Assembly: GCA_963833985.1 (NCBI GenBank)
Contig: CAWIAD010000001.1
Location: 1,152,001 to 1,216,000, forward strand
DNA length: 64,000 bases
Direction: 5' to 3'
Source: an uncultured Planctomycetaceae bacterium
Lineage (GTDB): Bacteria > Planctomycetota > Planctomycetia > Isosphaerales > Isosphaeraceae
In this document: one piece after another, positions 45,217-53,617 of the stretch
Position numbering within the stretch: position 1 is the stretch's first letter
How the letters are laid out: every line of letters begins with the position of its first letter
The notes under the pieces: model-generated
What the model saw: the letters and a program-made list of their open reading frames with translations, nothing else
Database searches by the model: none
What the model was told of the DNA's origin: nothing
Program-made: the position numbers and the translations under genes

Positions 45217-47136
45217 TCACGCGGGGTGCGGATCGAAGCCCAGCCCGATCAGGCGCATCCGCGTCTCATCCTCGCAGAGCAGTTTCCGGAACGCGGCGAC
45301 CGCCGGCAGCTCCCAGCGGTCGGCCGGGACCGCGAAATCGTACCGCTCCGTCCGCAGTGGCTGGAACTCCAGGCCGTACAGCCTGGCCACCGGCTCGATG
45401 GCCACGCCCCAGTCGGCGCACTCCTGGCTCACGGCCGCGGCGACGGCATTGTGCGACCGTACCTCGACCGCCCAACCCGCCGGCCGGCGTCCGCGCAGCA
45501 AGCCATCCAGCAGGACCCGAGTTCCGGAGCCTCGGTTCCGGTTCACCATCAGGCAGGAGGGAAGCGAGCATGCCAGGTCCACGGCCTCGGCCACGGAGCG
45601 CCCGGCGAATCGATCGTCCTGGTGGCGGAAGACCAGCCCCTGCATCCGCCCGTATCCCGGAAGCAGGCGCACGCCGTCGGGCAGGAATGGGACGTTATAT
45701 GTGTCGGTTTCCGGGTCCAGCAGGTGCACGCCGGCCAGGTGGCATTCGCCTCGTGCGGCCGCGTCGAGCCCTCCCTGCGAGCCAACCCAGAGCGTCTTGG
45801 AACGAAAATGGCGCCGGGCCATCTCACCCAGCAGGTAGTCCAGTCCGACGCAGTGCGAGCCGATCACGATGAGGCTCGCGGGCTCCACGTCGCGCCCCAG
45901 CGGCGTGACCTGCACCCGCTCACCGGCATCCACGAACTCCTGCCGGCGGGGAATGACAATGAAGCCGTCGGCCCGGCTGAAAGTCGTGACCGAGCCCGAT
46001 CCCTTGCCCATGGGATACGCACTCAATCCGTCGCCCAGCGGAACAAGACTCACCAGCAGATACTCCGTGCGGCCCCGCTCGCTGTTGCAACGCACGGCCA
46101 TGGTGGCGTCAATGGCCGCCCGTGCTGAGCCTCCGCGGCCGGCAAGCTGGCGGAGCACCGGAGCGACGAACTCGTGAAACGTGAAGATCGCCGAGGTGGG
46201 AAAGCCCGGCAGGATCGCAACGGGAGTGCTTCCCACGGCACCCAGGCAGACGGGCTTGCCGGGCTTGAGGGCCACCCCGTGCACGACGATTCCCGGTGCC
46301 TGCCTGGCGATGACGCGATAGGACAGATCGCCCCCGCCCTTGCTCGTCCCACCGCTGAGGATGACCAGGTCTGCCTGCTCCCGCCCGCGCTCCACGGCAG
46401 CCGCGAGCGCAGGCTCGTCGTCGCCCACGATCCCCAGGGGGATGGGCAGTCCGCCAAGCTCCCGCACGGCGTCGGCCAGCAGCGTGGCGTTCGCGTCATA
46501 CACGGCCGCGGGCCTGGCAGGCGAGCCGGGTGCGATTATCTCATCACCCGTCGACACGATCGCCACCCGCGGCTGTCGTACGACGCTCACACGGCAGCAT
46601 CCAATGGCGGCGAGCAGCCCGGTCTCGCGCGCCGTCAGGCTGGTCCCGCGCCGCAGTACGGTCTCGCCGCGCGCCACGTCCGAACCCGCGAAGCTGAGAT
46701 GCGCGCCCGGGGCCGCGGGGCGGGTGACGGCCAGGATGTCGCCCTCGATGCGGGCATGTTCGACCATGAGCACCGCGTTGGCCCCGCGCGGCAGCATGCC
46801 TCCGGTCGCAATGGGCATCGCCGTGCCCGACTCCACTGGATGGGTCGGCACAACCCCCGCGGGCACTTCCTCGCGGGTCAGCCGCAGCCGAATGACCGCG
46901 TCCTCCGAGGCCCCGAAGGTCTCCTCGGCGCAGAGCGCATAGCCATCGACGTTCGAGCGGTCGAAGGCCGGCACGTCCACCTCGGAGGCCAGGTCCGCGG
47001 CCAGCACCCTGCCCAGTGCCGCGGACAAGGGGACCTGCTCGGAACCAAGCGGTTCGGGGCCGATGGCATCCCACCAGCGCCGTTCCGCCGTGTCCCGGTC
47101 CACCACCTCCAGAAACTGCTGCTGCTCGCGTGCCAT
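45217..47136 (-). CDS. moeA: MoeA fused to a periplasmic-binding-type domain
   Basis: FDRSNVDGYA, STGDE, SGGTSKG, KPGKP, C-terminal GSHC...NRNRGSGTR. Confidence 0.92.
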   Translation of the reverse strand: MAREQQQFLEVVDRDTAERRWWDAIGPEPLGSEQVPLSAALGRVLAADLASEVDVPAFDRSNVDGYALCAEETFGASEDAVIRLRLTREEVPAGVVPTHPVESGTAMPIATGGMLPRGANAVLMVEHARIEGDILAVTRPAAPGAHLSFAGSDVARGETVLRRGTSLTARETGLLAAIGCCRVSVVRQPRVAIVSTGDEIIAPGSPARPAAVYDANATLLADAVRELGGLPIPLGIVGDDEPALAAAVERGREQADLVILSGGTSKGGGDLSYRVIARQAPGIVVHGVALKPGKPVCLGAVGSTPVAILPGFPTSAIFTFHEFVAPVLRQLAGRGGSARAAIDATMAVRCNSERGRTEYLLVSLVPLGDGLSAYPMGKGSGSVTTFSRADGFIVIPRRQEFVDAGERVQVTPLGRDVEPASLIVIGSHCVGLDYLLGEMARRHFRSKTLWVGSQGGLDAAARGECHLAGVHLLDPETDTYNVPFLPDGVRLLPGYGRMQGLVFRHQDDRFAGRSVAEAVDLACSLPSCLMVNRNRGSGTRVLLDGLLRGRRPAGWAVEVRSHNAVAAAVSQECADWGVAIEPVARLYGLEFQPLRTERYDFAVPADRWELPAVAAFRKLLCEDETRMRLIGLGFDPHPA

Positions 47137-47186
47137 CACCGACACCCCGCTCCCGGCCCTCGGCATTCATGTCACCGCAGACCACT

Positions 47187-47263
47187 CTAAATAGATCCTC
47201 GCCTCTTGGAATGTGGGCCAGTCGCCCTCGGCTGGCTCGCTTTCCTTCGTACGGGGAGCTATT
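47187..47263. repeat. REP-doublet/MITE-like element, copy 2 (internally deleted, opposite orientation)
   Basis: CTAAATAGATCCTCGCCTCTTGGAATGTGGGCCAGTCGCCCTCGGCTGGCT...ACGGGGAGCTATT matches the reverse complement of 30803-30908. Confidence 0.8.
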
Positions 47264-48503
47264 GGGAATCATACCGCCAGACTGTCACGCTGGCTCCGGC
47301 GGCGTAACCTTCCAGGTCGGCGGGGACGAGCACGAACCCATCGGCGCGGGTGGTGCTGGAGAGGATCGAAGCACCGCCGATCGCCAGGGGCTCGGCCTGG
47401 CCGTCCACCAGACGTACCCGGGCGTAATCGACGCGTCCCAGCTCCGACGAGAGCTTGTGGCGAAGCGGCAGCGTGACGGCGTGATACGGCCAGTCCGCGG
47501 GCCGCCCGCCCAGGCGGCGGATCATTCGGCCCGCGAACAGGTCATAGGCGCACAGGCAGCTCACCGGATTGCCCGGCAGCAGGACGACCGGGACGCCCCG
47601 CACGAATCCCAGGCCGGTCGGACTGGCGGGCCGCAGCGCCACGCCGTGCACCTCCAGGCTGCCCAGCCGCGCGACGATTCCCGGGGCATGGTCCTCGGGA
47701 CCCGTCGAGCTGCCACCGGAGACGAGCACCACGTCGGAGCACCCGGCGGACTCGGCCAGTGCCGCCTCGATGAGCTCGACGCTGTCTGTGAGGGGACCGA
47801 CCACGCGCGGCAGGCCGCCGTCGCGGCAGGCGAGGGCCGCGAGCATCACGGAATTCATGTCGGCGATCCGATCGTCCCGGGGCGGTGTCCCCGGCGGCAG
47901 CAGCTCATCGCCGGTGACGACGATGGTCACGATCGGCCGACTGACGACCGGAATCGATGACTTCCCCAGTGCGCTCAGCAGCCCCAGGTCCTGGGGACGC
48001 AGGACCCTGCCGGCGGTGAGCACAGGTGCTCCTTCGGACAGGTCCTCCCCTTTACGGCTCACGTGCCGGGCCGGCGGGATGGGCTCGACAACCCGGATCT
48101 CGCCCCCTTGCCGGCGCGTGACCTCCACGGGCACGACCGCATCGGCGCCGGGGGGCATCGGAGCCCCGGTGGCGATCTCCACGGCCTGGCCCGGCCCGAC
48201 GTTTCCCGCAAACCGCCGGCCGGGCCGGGAACGCCCCACGACCTGGAAGAGCGCCGGCGTGTAGCCATCGGCGCCGAAGGTTTCCTCACCGCGGACCGCA
48301 TAGCCATCCATCGCGGCCCGGTCGAACGGCGGCACCGCCGAGCACGCCCGGATGTCCAAGGCCAGAACGCGACCCGACGCCGCGGCAAGCGGCACCTGCT
48401 CCGTGTCGAGCCCGCTGGTCCGCTCGTCGATCAGCGCCAGGACCTCGTCCACGGAGCTCCGGCTGCGGAAACCTCTCCATCTCGGGTCGTGCTGTTGCTC
48501 CAT
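47259..48503 (-). CDS. moeA: molybdopterin molybdotransferase MoeA
   Basis: FDRAAMDGYA, IATGAPMP, TGDEL, SGGSS, LPGNP. Confidence 0.93.
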   Translation of the reverse strand: MEQQHDPRWRGFRSRSSVDEVLALIDERTSGLDTEQVPLAAASGRVLALDIRACSAVPPFDRAAMDGYAVRGEETFGADGYTPALFQVVGRSRPGRRFAGNVGPGQAVEIATGAPMPPGADAVVPVEVTRRQGGEIRVVEPIPPARHVSRKGEDLSEGAPVLTAGRVLRPQDLGLLSALGKSSIPVVSRPIVTIVVTGDELLPPGTPPRDDRIADMNSVMLAALACRDGGLPRVVGPLTDSVELIEAALAESAGCSDVVLVSGGSSTGPEDHAPGIVARLGSLEVHGVALRPASPTGLGFVRGVPVVLLPGNPVSCLCAYDLFAGRMIRRLGGRPADWPYHAVTLPLRHKLSSELGRVDYARVRLVDGQAEPLAIGGASILSSTTRADGFVLVPADLEGYAAGASVTVWRYDSQ

Positions 48504-48774
48504 CGGCAATCCCACCCGTTCGTCGCACCCGGTGCGCGCCCGGCGCCGCAGAGCGCAAGGCTCGATCGTCTGTCATTCTAAAGGACATTCTCGGCCGGCA
48601 AGTGCCCTTTTCCCGACCCAGTGCTTGCAATCGTGATGAACAGGAGTCACGTTGGACATCGTCTGACCCGCCGCGCTGCTTAGAATGTCCGGCGGGCACT
48701 ACCGGCGTGCTGCACGGGATCGACGATCGAGGAAGCTTCGCCTCGGAAAACCGAGGCCAGACAGCGAGGGTGCC

Positions 48775-49833
48775 ATGCGTGGCGACACGCCGATCGCGCG
48801 TCAGTGGAAGCTGCTCAGGATGCTTGGCTGTCGGCGTCTCGGCTTGACCATACAAGAGATGAGCACAGAAACGGGAGTCGGGATCAAGACCATCCGGCGC
48901 GATCTGGACTTTTTCCGCGGCCTTGGCTTCCCCTTGACGGAGCACGTGTGCGAACGGGGCCTCAAGCGGTGGCGACTGGCGGGTGCGCACGTGGAACCGC
49001 CCCTGGCATTCAGGCTCGACGAGGCGATTGCCCTCTACCTGGGCCGGCACCTCATGGACCCGCTGGCAGGAACGCCTTTGTGGGACGCCGCGCAGAGTTC
49101 CTTCCGCAAGATCAAGGCGACGCTCGGCGAAAAGGCCCTCGAGTACATCGAGTCCTTTCGCGGCTTTTACCACCAGACGTCCGTCGGCACCAGCTCCTAC
49201 GCCGCCAAGGCCGAGGTGATCGACGCGATCATGGTCGCACTGGAGGACCGGAAGGCAGTACACATTGCCTACCAGTCCCTCAGGGCCACGGAGCCGGCGA
49301 CCCGAGACATCTATCCCTATGGTTTCATCTACCACCGCGGTAGCCTCTACCTGGCGGCCTTCGCACCCGAGCACGACCGGGTCAAGACCTACAAGGTCGA
49401 TCGCGTCGAGAGCGTCGAGGTCAGCAACCGGCGCTTCGAGCGACCCGCGGACTTCGACCTCGACCGGTTTCTCTCAGGCTCGTTCGGGGTCTTCGAGGGC
49501 GAGGGCGATCTCCTGACGGTGTGCGTCCGCTTTGCGCCGTGCGTGTCGCGGTACGTCAGGGAAGCGCACTGGCACTCCAGCCAGGAGCTCACCCCTCAAA
49601 CCGATGGCAGCCTGCTCGCCCGGTTCCACCTCAACAGCCTCGAGGAATTCAGGGCCTGGATCCTCGGCTTCGGCTCGAACGCTCTCGTGTTGCAGCCGAC
49701 CTCCCTGCGCACCGAGATAGCGGCGGAGGTCGGGCTCATGCTCCGTATGTACGGGCAGGAAGTTGGTGCTGGAGATGACATGAAAGCGTTCGATGATGGG
49801 AATCAGGTCAGGTCTGTGCCAGCGGACAAATGA
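48775..49833 (+). CDS. WYL-domain transcriptional regulator (HTH-WYL-WCX)
   Basis: KTIRRDLDFF HTH; SLYLAAF...KTYKVDRV; AWILGFG; directly upstream of cas genes. Confidence 0.92.
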   Translation: MRGDTPIARQWKLLRMLGCRRLGLTIQEMSTETGVGIKTIRRDLDFFRGLGFPLTEHVCERGLKRWRLAGAHVEPPLAFRLDEAIALYLGRHLMDPLAGTPLWDAAQSSFRKIKATLGEKALEYIESFRGFYHQTSVGTSSYAAKAEVIDAIMVALEDRKAVHIAYQSLRATEPATRDIYPYGFIYHRGSLYLAAFAPEHDRVKTYKVDRVESVEVSNRRFERPADFDLDRFLSGSFGVFEGEGDLLTVCVRFAPCVSRYVREAHWHSSQELTPQTDGSLLARFHLNSLEEFRAWILGFGSNALVLQPTSLRTEIAAEVGLMLRMYGQEVGAGDDMKAFDDGNQVRSVPADK

Positions 49834-49897
49834 GGACGATCGATCCTCAGCGTCATTGCCTTGCGCGAAAGCAGTGCGATCCCGAGGGAGTCATTCC

Positions 49898-50524
49898 ATG
49901 CCAGTCGTTGACCTTGCCTTCGAGCTTGCAGGCAACTCGCTGCCCGTGGACCACGGTTATGAGCTTTTCTCCGCCATTTGCCGCGTCGTCCCGCGTCTGC
50001 ACGGCGACCGGCACATCGGCGTGCATGCCATTCGTGGTCAGGCGGCGAGCGCGGGAACAATCTTGCTCGGAGGCCGCTCGCGCTTGCGGGTGCGCTTGCC
50101 CTCGGAGGAGATCGCGGCTTACCTGGCGCTGGCCGGTTCGGCTCTCGACGTGAACGGCCATCGGCTCCGCGTCGGCATCCCGCACGTCGAGTCACTGATC
50201 CCTACCGCGAACCTGTCCGCACGCATCGTGACCTTCAAGGCCATGGTCGAGCCCGACCCGTTCCTGGCCTGTGTGCGCCGCCATCTGACCGCGCTCGGCG
50301 TTTCCGGCGACCCTCAGCTCGTCCCCTCGACGCGGGAACCCTGGACCGGCCGCCCTTTCCGCCGCGTCCTCCGCGTCAAGGGCCGAGCCATCGTCGGCTA
50401 TGCCCTGCGAGTCCTCGCCTTGACGGCGGAGGAGTCGGTCCTGATCCAGGAGCGCGGTCTCGGGGGGCGAAGGCGATTTGGATGCGGCGTCTTCCTGCCA
50501 TTGAAGGAGGTGAACCCTCGATGA
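49898..50524 (+). CDS. cas6: type I MYXAN-like Cas6 (copy a)
   Basis: VDLAFEL...PVDHGYELFSAI; G-loop GLGGRRRFGCGVF. Confidence 0.92.
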   Translation: MPVVDLAFELAGNSLPVDHGYELFSAICRVVPRLHGDRHIGVHAIRGQAASAGTILLGGRSRLRVRLPSEEIAAYLALAGSALDVNGHRLRVGIPHVESLIPTANLSARIVTFKAMVEPDPFLACVRRHLTALGVSGDPQLVPSTREPWTGRPFRRVLRVKGRAIVGYALRVLALTAEESVLIQERGLGGRRRFGCGVFLPLKEVNPR

Positions 50525-52920
50525 ACACAGACATTTTGTGGGCCAAGAGCAAGCAGCACGAGGAGCAATACCACCCGTCCATGTCGCTCTCCGGTCACCT
50601 GTCGGATGTCCTTGAGGCGGCGATCCGGATCATAGACTCCACCGGTGACGAGCAGCTTCGGGCACTTGGTCTGGACCCGGAGCGGTACGGAGATCGACTG
50701 AGGCGATGCGTGCGGTTGGCCGCGGCCCTCCACGATATCGGCAAGGCAAACGACCATTTTCAGGGAATGATTCGCGGCAAGCGCGATGTGCGTCAGAACC
50801 CGCAGGGCGTACGGCACGAATGGGTGTCGGTTCTGATGCTACGGACACTCAGGGACTGGCTTCTACCGGTATTCGATAAGGCCGAATGCGACTTCGACAT
50901 CGTGGAATGGGCCGTATCCGCACACCACCCAGCTCGCGATCACCAAAGCCCTCCCCCCTCGTGTCCGCCAGGGGCGGGTCCGGAGATAACGCTCCTCACA
51001 GGTCATGACGAGATCCAAGGAATTCTCGACTGGGTTCAAGAAACATTCGAGATTGCCGCCCTCCAACCGAAGCACGGCTCCGAGAAGCGACCACTCGTTG
51101 GCCCGGAAAACGCGTTCACGGAGCTTGCGATTTGGGCGAAGTCGGCTCGCCGCACCTGGAATCGAATGCGTGGCGATAAAGAGGCCTCGCGGTTCGTCGC
51201 CGCGGTCAAGGCCTGTCTGATCGCCGCCGACGTGGCGGGCTCGGTGCTGCCGAGGTCCGGGGTGGACGGATCGACGGATTGGAATTGGATTGCAAGGGCC
51301 TTATCGAACCTGCCGAAATCGGGCGACGTCCAGAAGATCGCCGATCATCGCCTGGACGGCAAACCACCCCGCGAATTCCAGCAAGCGGTCGGGGCTTCTC
51401 ACTGGCCGGTCACTTACGTCAAGGCGGGTTGCGGGACCGGCAAGACCGTGGCCGCATACCTCTGGGCCGCTGTCAACCACCCGACACGCCGGCTCTTCTT
51501 CTGCTATCCCACGACGGGCACGGCCACGGAGGGGTTCAAGGATTACCTGTTCGAGCCGGACGGAGAGCTGGGAGATCTCGGCGCCAGGCTGTTCCACAGC
51601 CGGCGGGACGTGGACTTCGACATCATCCTCGGCACGGGTGCAGACTCGCCGCATGCCGAGGCTGACTCGGCCGCGCGGCTGGAAGCGCTGGAAGCCTGGT
51701 CCACACCCATCGTCGCCTGTACGGTCGATACTGTCCTTGGGCTGGTTCAGAATAACAGGCGCGGTCTCTTTGCCTGGCCCGCTCTCGCCCAGTCGGCCTT
51801 CGTCTTCGACGAGATCCACGCCTACGACGACCGGCTCTTCGGAGCACTGCTCCGGTTCCTTCGAGACCTCCACGGGCTCCCTTGCCTGTTAATGACTGCC
51901 AGCTTGCCGAAGCCGCGCGAGGAGGCGCTCTTTCGGACGATCCGGGATGTCCACGACCTGGACCTGCGGCCGATCGAGGGCCCGCGGGAGCTCCAATTAC
52001 TGCCGCGCTACCATAGGCTGAACGCACCCGGCAATGACCCGCTTCCCCTCGTACAGGCCGAGCTCAGGGCCGGCGGCAAGGTGCTCTGGGTCTGCAACAC
52101 GGTGAGCCGTGTGATGGATGCGGCCGACCGCGCCAGCCAGCTCAATCCGCTCATTTACCATAGCCGGTTTCGCTACGTGGATCGTGTTGAGCGGCACAAG
52201 CGAGTTGTCGAGGCCTTCACTCCCGAACACCATGGCCCCGCGCTCGCGATTTGCAGCCAGGTCGCCGAGATGAGCCTGGATCTGAAGGGTTGCACGCTGC
52301 TCGTCACCGACCTGGCGCCGGTTCCGTCCCTGATCCAGCGGTTGGGAAGGCTGAACCGCCAGGCCGCGCCTGGCAACCCGACCAGGCCATTCGTCGTGGT
52401 GGAGCAAGACGAGAGCTCGCGCGACAGGCACCTTCCTTATGCCGCAGGCGACCTGGACGCGGCCCGGACCTGGCTGGAACGTCTGCCGGAATCGGAGATC
52501 AGCCAGCAGCATCTTGCCGATCACTGGGAGCAACTGGCCGAGAAACCGCCAGAACTCGTGCCGAGCGCCTGGCTCGATGGCGGCCCGTCGACAATTGTCA
52601 CGGATCTGCGCGAACCGTCGCAGGGGATCACGGTGATTCTGGATACCGCGGAGTACCCGGATCACCGTGCGCTCCTGCGTTACGATAACCGGATCCGCGA
52701 GTTGCGTCGCAGGGCGCGCGCCGACCAGCGCAGCCTGAGCCGAGAAGAACGGAAGCCACTCCCGGGGGAGCAGGATCGCCTGGCAGCCGTGACGCTGCCA
52801 ATGCCTCCACCTCACGCTCACATCAGGTGGCGCGAGTGGACGCGCTACAAGAGCATACCGGTCGCGCCAGCCGAAGCCATCCACTATGACCTCGAACGAG
52901 GTGCCCGATGGAACGCCTGA
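50521..52920 (+). CDS. cas3: Cas3 HD nuclease-helicase
   Basis: LHDIGKAN, AGCGTGKT, DEIH, MTAS, QVAEMSLDL, QRLGRLNR. Confidence 0.96.
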   Translation: MNTDILWAKSKQHEEQYHPSMSLSGHLSDVLEAAIRIIDSTGDEQLRALGLDPERYGDRLRRCVRLAAALHDIGKANDHFQGMIRGKRDVRQNPQGVRHEWVSVLMLRTLRDWLLPVFDKAECDFDIVEWAVSAHHPARDHQSPPPSCPPGAGPEITLLTGHDEIQGILDWVQETFEIAALQPKHGSEKRPLVGPENAFTELAIWAKSARRTWNRMRGDKEASRFVAAVKACLIAADVAGSVLPRSGVDGSTDWNWIARALSNLPKSGDVQKIADHRLDGKPPREFQQAVGASHWPVTYVKAGCGTGKTVAAYLWAAVNHPTRRLFFCYPTTGTATEGFKDYLFEPDGELGDLGARLFHSRRDVDFDIILGTGADSPHAEADSAARLEALEAWSTPIVACTVDTVLGLVQNNRRGLFAWPALAQSAFVFDEIHAYDDRLFGALLRFLRDLHGLPCLLMTASLPKPREEALFRTIRDVHDLDLRPIEGPRELQLLPRYHRLNAPGNDPLPLVQAELRAGGKVLWVCNTVSRVMDAADRASQLNPLIYHSRFRYVDRVERHKRVVEAFTPEHHGPALAICSQVAEMSLDLKGCTLLVTDLAPVPSLIQRLGRLNRQAAPGNPTRPFVVVEQDESSRDRHLPYAAGDLDAARTWLERLPESEISQQHLADHWEQLAEKPPELVPSAWLDGGPSTIVTDLREPSQGITVILDTAEYPDHRALLRYDNRIRELRRRARADQRSLSREERKPLPGEQDRLAAVTLPMPPPHAHIRWREWTRYKSIPVAPAEAIHYDLERGARWNA

Positions 52921-53014
52921 CGGCATCAATGAATGGGGACTTACCCCGAGATTCGGTTATTTCGCAAGTACCTCATTGCTCAACGCCTTGCGGCGATCCT
53001 GGTACAGATTGCGG
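52906..53014 (-). CRISPR. degenerate mini-array (repeat-spacer-repeat), antisense to cas genes; putative cas-regulating crRNA-like RNA
   Basis: Minus strand CCGCAATCTGTACCAGGATCGCCGCAAGGCGTTGAGCAA + 35-nt spacer (52941-52975) + GTCCCCATTCATTGATGCCGTCAGGCGTTCCATCG; both repeats keep the GCC-N4-GGC hairpin of the main repeat. Confidence 0.8.
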
Positions 53015-53025
53015 TCCTTTCTTAG

Positions 53026-53052
53026 TTGACACCAAGGGGGCTCGAATGTCAA
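53026..53052. promoter_or_regulatory. inverted TTGACA-N15-TGTCAA element between the mini-array and the sigma-like ORF
   Basis: Exact hexamer inverted repeat; no clean -10 at canonical spacing on either strand. Confidence 0.45.
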
Positions 53053-53057
53053 TAGTT

Positions 53058-53095
53058 ATGTGAGGAACCTGAGAAATAAGGAGCCACCCCGGTGA
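53058..53095 (+). promoter_or_regulatory. putative Cascade target (ATG PAM + partial protospacer) over the RBS of ORF 53092
   Basis: ATG|TGAGGAACCTGAGAAATAA vs spacer TGAGGTACTTGCGAAATAA; RBS AAGGAG at 53078-53083. Confidence 0.75.
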
Positions 53096-53337
53096 GAGAC
53101 ATAGACCTCGTTGACGAGATTACCATGTTCCTAAGGTCCACGACAGCCTATCGGATCTGTCGGCCATACGGTGCTGAGCCGCGTGATGCACTTGGCGAAA
53201 TCTACCTCCGCTTGCTCGGCGGCGCCAGTAAGCCGATTCGAAAGCCGACGGCATGGGTGAGGACGAACGCGACTTTTCTTCTCCGGAATTACCTGCGGCG
53301 CGAGAACAGCCGACTCTACCAGCCCTCGGAGATCTAA
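53092..53337 (+). CDS. sigma-70 region 2-like polypeptide
   Basis: DALGEIYLRLL...PTAWVRTNATFLLRNYLRRE resembles ECF sigma2; AAGGAG RBS, GTG start. Confidence 0.6.
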   Translation: MRDIDLVDEITMFLRSTTAYRICRPYGAEPRDALGEIYLRLLGGASKPIRKPTAWVRTNATFLLRNYLRRENSRLYQPSEI

Positions 53338-53338
53338 C

Positions 53339-53617
53339 ATGCCCCTCTTTTCTCTCCAATCGCTTCAATCTCTGGGAACTGACTTTAAGGACGAGGCCAG
53401 GTATGCCCTTGAGTCATTCGAGCTTCGCGATCTTGTGGCTCGGGAGCTCATGCGACTCCCCCAGCGGGAGAGGGAAGCCATAACGGCCCTCGCCGGTCTC
53501 AGCACCGAGTCATGCCGATCTGTTGCTCGAAAACACGGCGTGTCAGCGCAGACGGTTTCCAATTGGGCCAAGGAGGCTCAGCGCAAGTTGCGTCCCAAGC
53601 TGGAGGCTTACGCGTGA
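53339..53617 (+). CDS. sigma-70 region 4-like HTH polypeptide
   Basis: LMRLPQREREAI...SVARKHGVSAQTVSNWAKEAQRKLR; GTGA overlap with cas6b. Confidence 0.75.
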   Translation: MPLFSLQSLQSLGTDFKDEARYALESFELRDLVARELMRLPQREREAITALAGLSTESCRSVARKHGVSAQTVSNWAKEAQRKLRPKLEAYA

